Positions 61,525-64,000 of a stretch of 64,000 bases of DNA are shown in pieces. The position numbers and the translations under genes were made by a program. The notes beneath the pieces were generated by a model. It searched no databases and had not been told where the DNA came from. It saw only the letters and a list, made by a program, of their open reading frames with translations. Within the stretch, counting starts at the first letter, position 1. Every line of letters begins with the position of its first letter. The stretch is from an uncultured Nitrososphaerota archaeon (GTDB lineage Archaea > Thermoproteota > Nitrososphaeria > Conexivisphaerales > DTJL01): assembly GCA_963842885.1 (NCBI GenBank), contig CAWJIE010000005.1:224001-288000 (forward strand), written 5' to 3'.

Positions 61525-62052
61525 ATGAGCATAGACAGACGGAAATTTCTTAGGACGTTGGCGGCTGGCTCTGCCTTTGGGCTGGCGGCTGGCGGATTAA
61601 TTGGCTTCCAGGCTAGGCAAGCCTCGGCTGGTTGGCCGACTGGCCAACCCTTGGATGGGCACGGCTTGAACGCTTCGCCGTCTTCCGCTTCGAGCCTCGT
61701 GCAGCCTTATTCCTACCTGATCTTCTATGACTCGGCTGCGGGACTCTACGAAGCCATGAACGGAACGACCGGAGCGACCGACTATTCGGGAACAAATGCG
61801 GCGACGGTGATTCAAGCAGCTATCAGTGGAGCGCCGACAGGTGGCAGTGTCTATATCCAGGTTGGTACTTACAGTGGAACCGGCTCCGTCACCAACACCA
61901 ACGGACTGTCGATAATAGCCCAAGGTGGCGCAGCGTTCTCCGGCTTCACGATGCCCGCCTTCGCAAGGATGCCAAGCACTGTGACCCGACACGTTACCCT
62001 CACTCCGAATGGGCCTTATGACGGGGGCGACTTCGGGCCGAGTAGCTCGTGA
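61525..62052 (+). CDS. Tat-exported surface protein, N-terminal part of a probable beta-helix protein
   Basis: DRRKFL twin-arginine signal with ASA cleavage site; YSYLIF..NGTTG..YSGTNAATVIQAAI..GGSVYI..GTY cap motif; ends ...PNGPYDGGDFGPSSS. Confidence 0.8.
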   Translation: MSIDRRKFLRTLAAGSAFGLAAGGLIGFQARQASAGWPTGQPLDGHGLNASPSSASSLVQPYSYLIFYDSAAGLYEAMNGTTGATDYSGTNAATVIQAAISGAPTGGSVYIQVGTYSGTGSVTNTNGLSIIAQGGAAFSGFTMPAFARMPSTVTRHVTLTPNGPYDGGDFGPSSS

Positions 62053-62058
62053 TAAGAA

Positions 62059-63780
62059 ATGAGCAACATTAGTCCATACGGCGCATTTACAGGAAGGAGG
62101 CTCTACTCAACGAGCAAGATTGACAACGAGATAGAGGAGATCCTTCACCGCTTCAGCAAACTCGAATACTACCAGCGGATGCCGACCAACCCTAACCAGT
62201 CGCCTTGGGTGTCCCAGCGGACGGGTCACAGCTACCGGGCCGAGTGGCTCCGTGAGGCGAAGGAATGGGAGAGGGGTCTGGTCGGAACAGAGGACGACAA
62301 GATGCTTAAGCAACGAATCCTTGACAGGATCCTGCGGGTCGAGAGGGGCATGGTCGCAGCACCGGGTCATCTGGCGCTCATCCCTAGCTGGAGGAAGGTC
62401 GGAGAGAGGTCCTTCAAGAGATACTTTGGCATCGAATACTTCGGCGGCAAGCACATGAGGATGCTGCCAGCCCCGCTTCAGAACCTCGACAAGATGATGA
62501 TCGGGGGGCTTACCAACATGGCTTCTACCACGTCTGGCTTCCAAGAGGCGATCAACCACCTGTCAACACAGGGAACCAACAATTCCTCCGTGCAGGGCGG
62601 CGTGTTGGAGATATTCCCTGGGGCCTACACTTCCAATTCGGTGTGGCAGCTTCCGACCAGCGCATCCACCGCGTTCGACTTCACATTGCAGGGAGGCGGC
62701 AAGAGCAACACTGACATCCAAATCACGCCAACTGGAAGCCAAACCGCGGCCATTAGGGAGGGCTACACTTCTTGGCTTCACGGAACGATGGGGCCGAGGT
62801 TCGTGATGCGTGACCTGAGCATGGACGTCACCGGAGCCTACTCAGGCACATCTGCTCCCTCTGGCGACAGCTCCAGTGGCGGGGTCGTCAGCCTTCAGTT
62901 CTACAGCGTGTTCTTCGATCGCGTGGGCATGTCAATTAATGTAACCCTCAACTCACCCACGAATCTCCTGAAGTGTGGGACGTATGCAGGCCCATCCCAG
63001 CCCTGCAATTGGAGCAATTTCGAGATTCACGGCTTCTCAGGCGCGAACATCCTATCGGTCGTAGTGGCTTGGTTCGAAGGCTTCTCTTGGACGGGGGGAC
63101 TCGTCGAGTTGCAGGATACAGGTCATAAAGGCAACGGCATAACCATCCGCAGCAACGGACCTAACTATCTCGGACAGATTGACTCGTATGACCTCGGTAA
63201 AGGGACGACGAACACTTGGGGCTGTTTTGTGAGCCCTTCAGGTACGACGACGTTGGACGAACTTGAATATCCTTTCGTGGAGAACATCGGCAGCTCGACT
63301 GGCTGCGGCTCGGTCTCCGGCGGGGCTGGTAATCCTTGCATCACAATCATAGGCATCCAAAATGAGTCAGCAGTCGCACAAGGCGACCCCACGGAATTTG
63401 CCTTCTGGAACGACGGATGCAAGTACCTCAAGACGATAGGCTTCTCCTTGGGGCTTCAGAGTGGCAATCAGTGGCTTTCGAGTTACCTGACTGGACCTTT
63501 CAACAACAACGTAGCGGGAGTTGGCTATCTCCTTGGCACAAATACCTACAATGGCGTGACAACTCCGACAGCAAGCACAACTTACAAGGCCAGTGCCGAC
63601 CTGTTGCTCAATTCCAGCGGCGGAACAGGCGTAAGTATCACAATTTTCGACCAGTTCGGAAATGTGATCCTAACAGGGCTGACGACGCTCTCGGCTTTCA
63701 ATCTGAAGCTCGGCATGCAAGTCAACTTCGGAGCCTTCAGCATGGCTCCATCGGTCACGGTATTTCAAGTCAGTGGCTAG
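62059..63780 (+). CDS. Unknown 154-aa charged domain fused to Ser/Thr/Gly-rich pectin-lyase-like beta-helix region
   Basis: Same frame as the upstream ORF; abrupt change in composition at STTSGFQEAINHL..GGVLEIFPGAY..TLQGGG; no signal peptide. Confidence 0.75.
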   Translation: MSNISPYGAFTGRRLYSTSKIDNEIEEILHRFSKLEYYQRMPTNPNQSPWVSQRTGHSYRAEWLREAKEWERGLVGTEDDKMLKQRILDRILRVERGMVAAPGHLALIPSWRKVGERSFKRYFGIEYFGGKHMRMLPAPLQNLDKMMIGGLTNMASTTSGFQEAINHLSTQGTNNSSVQGGVLEIFPGAYTSNSVWQLPTSASTAFDFTLQGGGKSNTDIQITPTGSQTAAIREGYTSWLHGTMGPRFVMRDLSMDVTGAYSGTSAPSGDSSSGGVVSLQFYSVFFDRVGMSINVTLNSPTNLLKCGTYAGPSQPCNWSNFEIHGFSGANILSVVVAWFEGFSWTGGLVELQDTGHKGNGITIRSNGPNYLGQIDSYDLGKGTTNTWGCFVSPSGTTTLDELEYPFVENIGSSTGCGSVSGGAGNPCITIIGIQNESAVAQGDPTEFAFWNDGCKYLKTIGFSLGLQSGNQWLSSYLTGPFNNNVAGVGYLLGTNTYNGVTTPTASTTYKASADLLLNSSGGTGVSITIFDQFGNVILTGLTTLSAFNLKLGMQVNFGAFSMAPSVTVFQVSG

Positions 63781-64000
63781 ATGTCAAAGAATAACACTGG
63801 CCAGCTTCGGCATCTAACCGGGAACCTCAGAACCTCAGCCCCGACGATCAATGCGGGGTGATTCGTCTGTGGCACAGGCTCTCTACAGCCCAAGCTCAAG
63901 TCGCTCACCACCCAGCGCTCGGGGCTAGTTGAACACACCGCCTTCGGTGCTCCTGCTCTGGTTCCTGCCGCGTCTTGCCACCAAGTGGGTGCATGTTAGC

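Noticed and set aside
62050-62520. Insert as a group I/II intron or intein
   Set aside because: No recognisable group I P7 (R/S) elements or U-G splice pair, no GUGYG start or domain V, and no Cys/Ser...His-Asn intein termini; it also begins with stop codons.
1-64000. CRISPR array, rRNA, transposase or provirus genes
   Set aside because: No regularly spaced repeats, rRNA signatures or transposase/integrase/capsid motifs were seen by inspection.

Overview
GC-rich archaeal chromosomal window, probably from a TACK (Nitrososphaerota-like) lineage. This rests on archease, an intron-containing tRNA-Ser, an A1-U72 tRNA-Gln, a single-OB-fold SSB, uS10, an AglH-like GPT, and TATA boxes with leaderless starts. 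The first ~31 kb is housekeeping and metabolism: APC permease plus metallophosphoesterase plus NTase-like gene, K+-independent H+-PPase, a Wbp-like nucleotide-sugar cluster, bacterial-type AsnA behind tRNA-Gln, a NikR-like regulator with ZnuABC, an alkyl-DHAP-synthase-like/GlpD/DAG-kinase lipid operon, and a PadR/ABC exporter. From 31.7 to 60.6 kb lies a large surface-glycan region (many GTs, radical SAM, DUF1616, CPBP protease, NTase, two dTMP-kinase-like proteins, FemAB and CelD-type GNATs, deacetylase). Many genes carry single-base frameshifts that look like long-read errors. The most striking observation is at 61.5-63.8 kb. A Tat-exported beta-helix-type surface protein appears split in the middle of a conserved motif by an in-frame 471-nt insert. 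The insert starts with TGA-TAA and carries its own stop-less 154-codon ORF, which is the layout expected of a circularising, protein-coding archaeal intron or another intervening element. Family assignments come from motif recognition only; no database searches were run.
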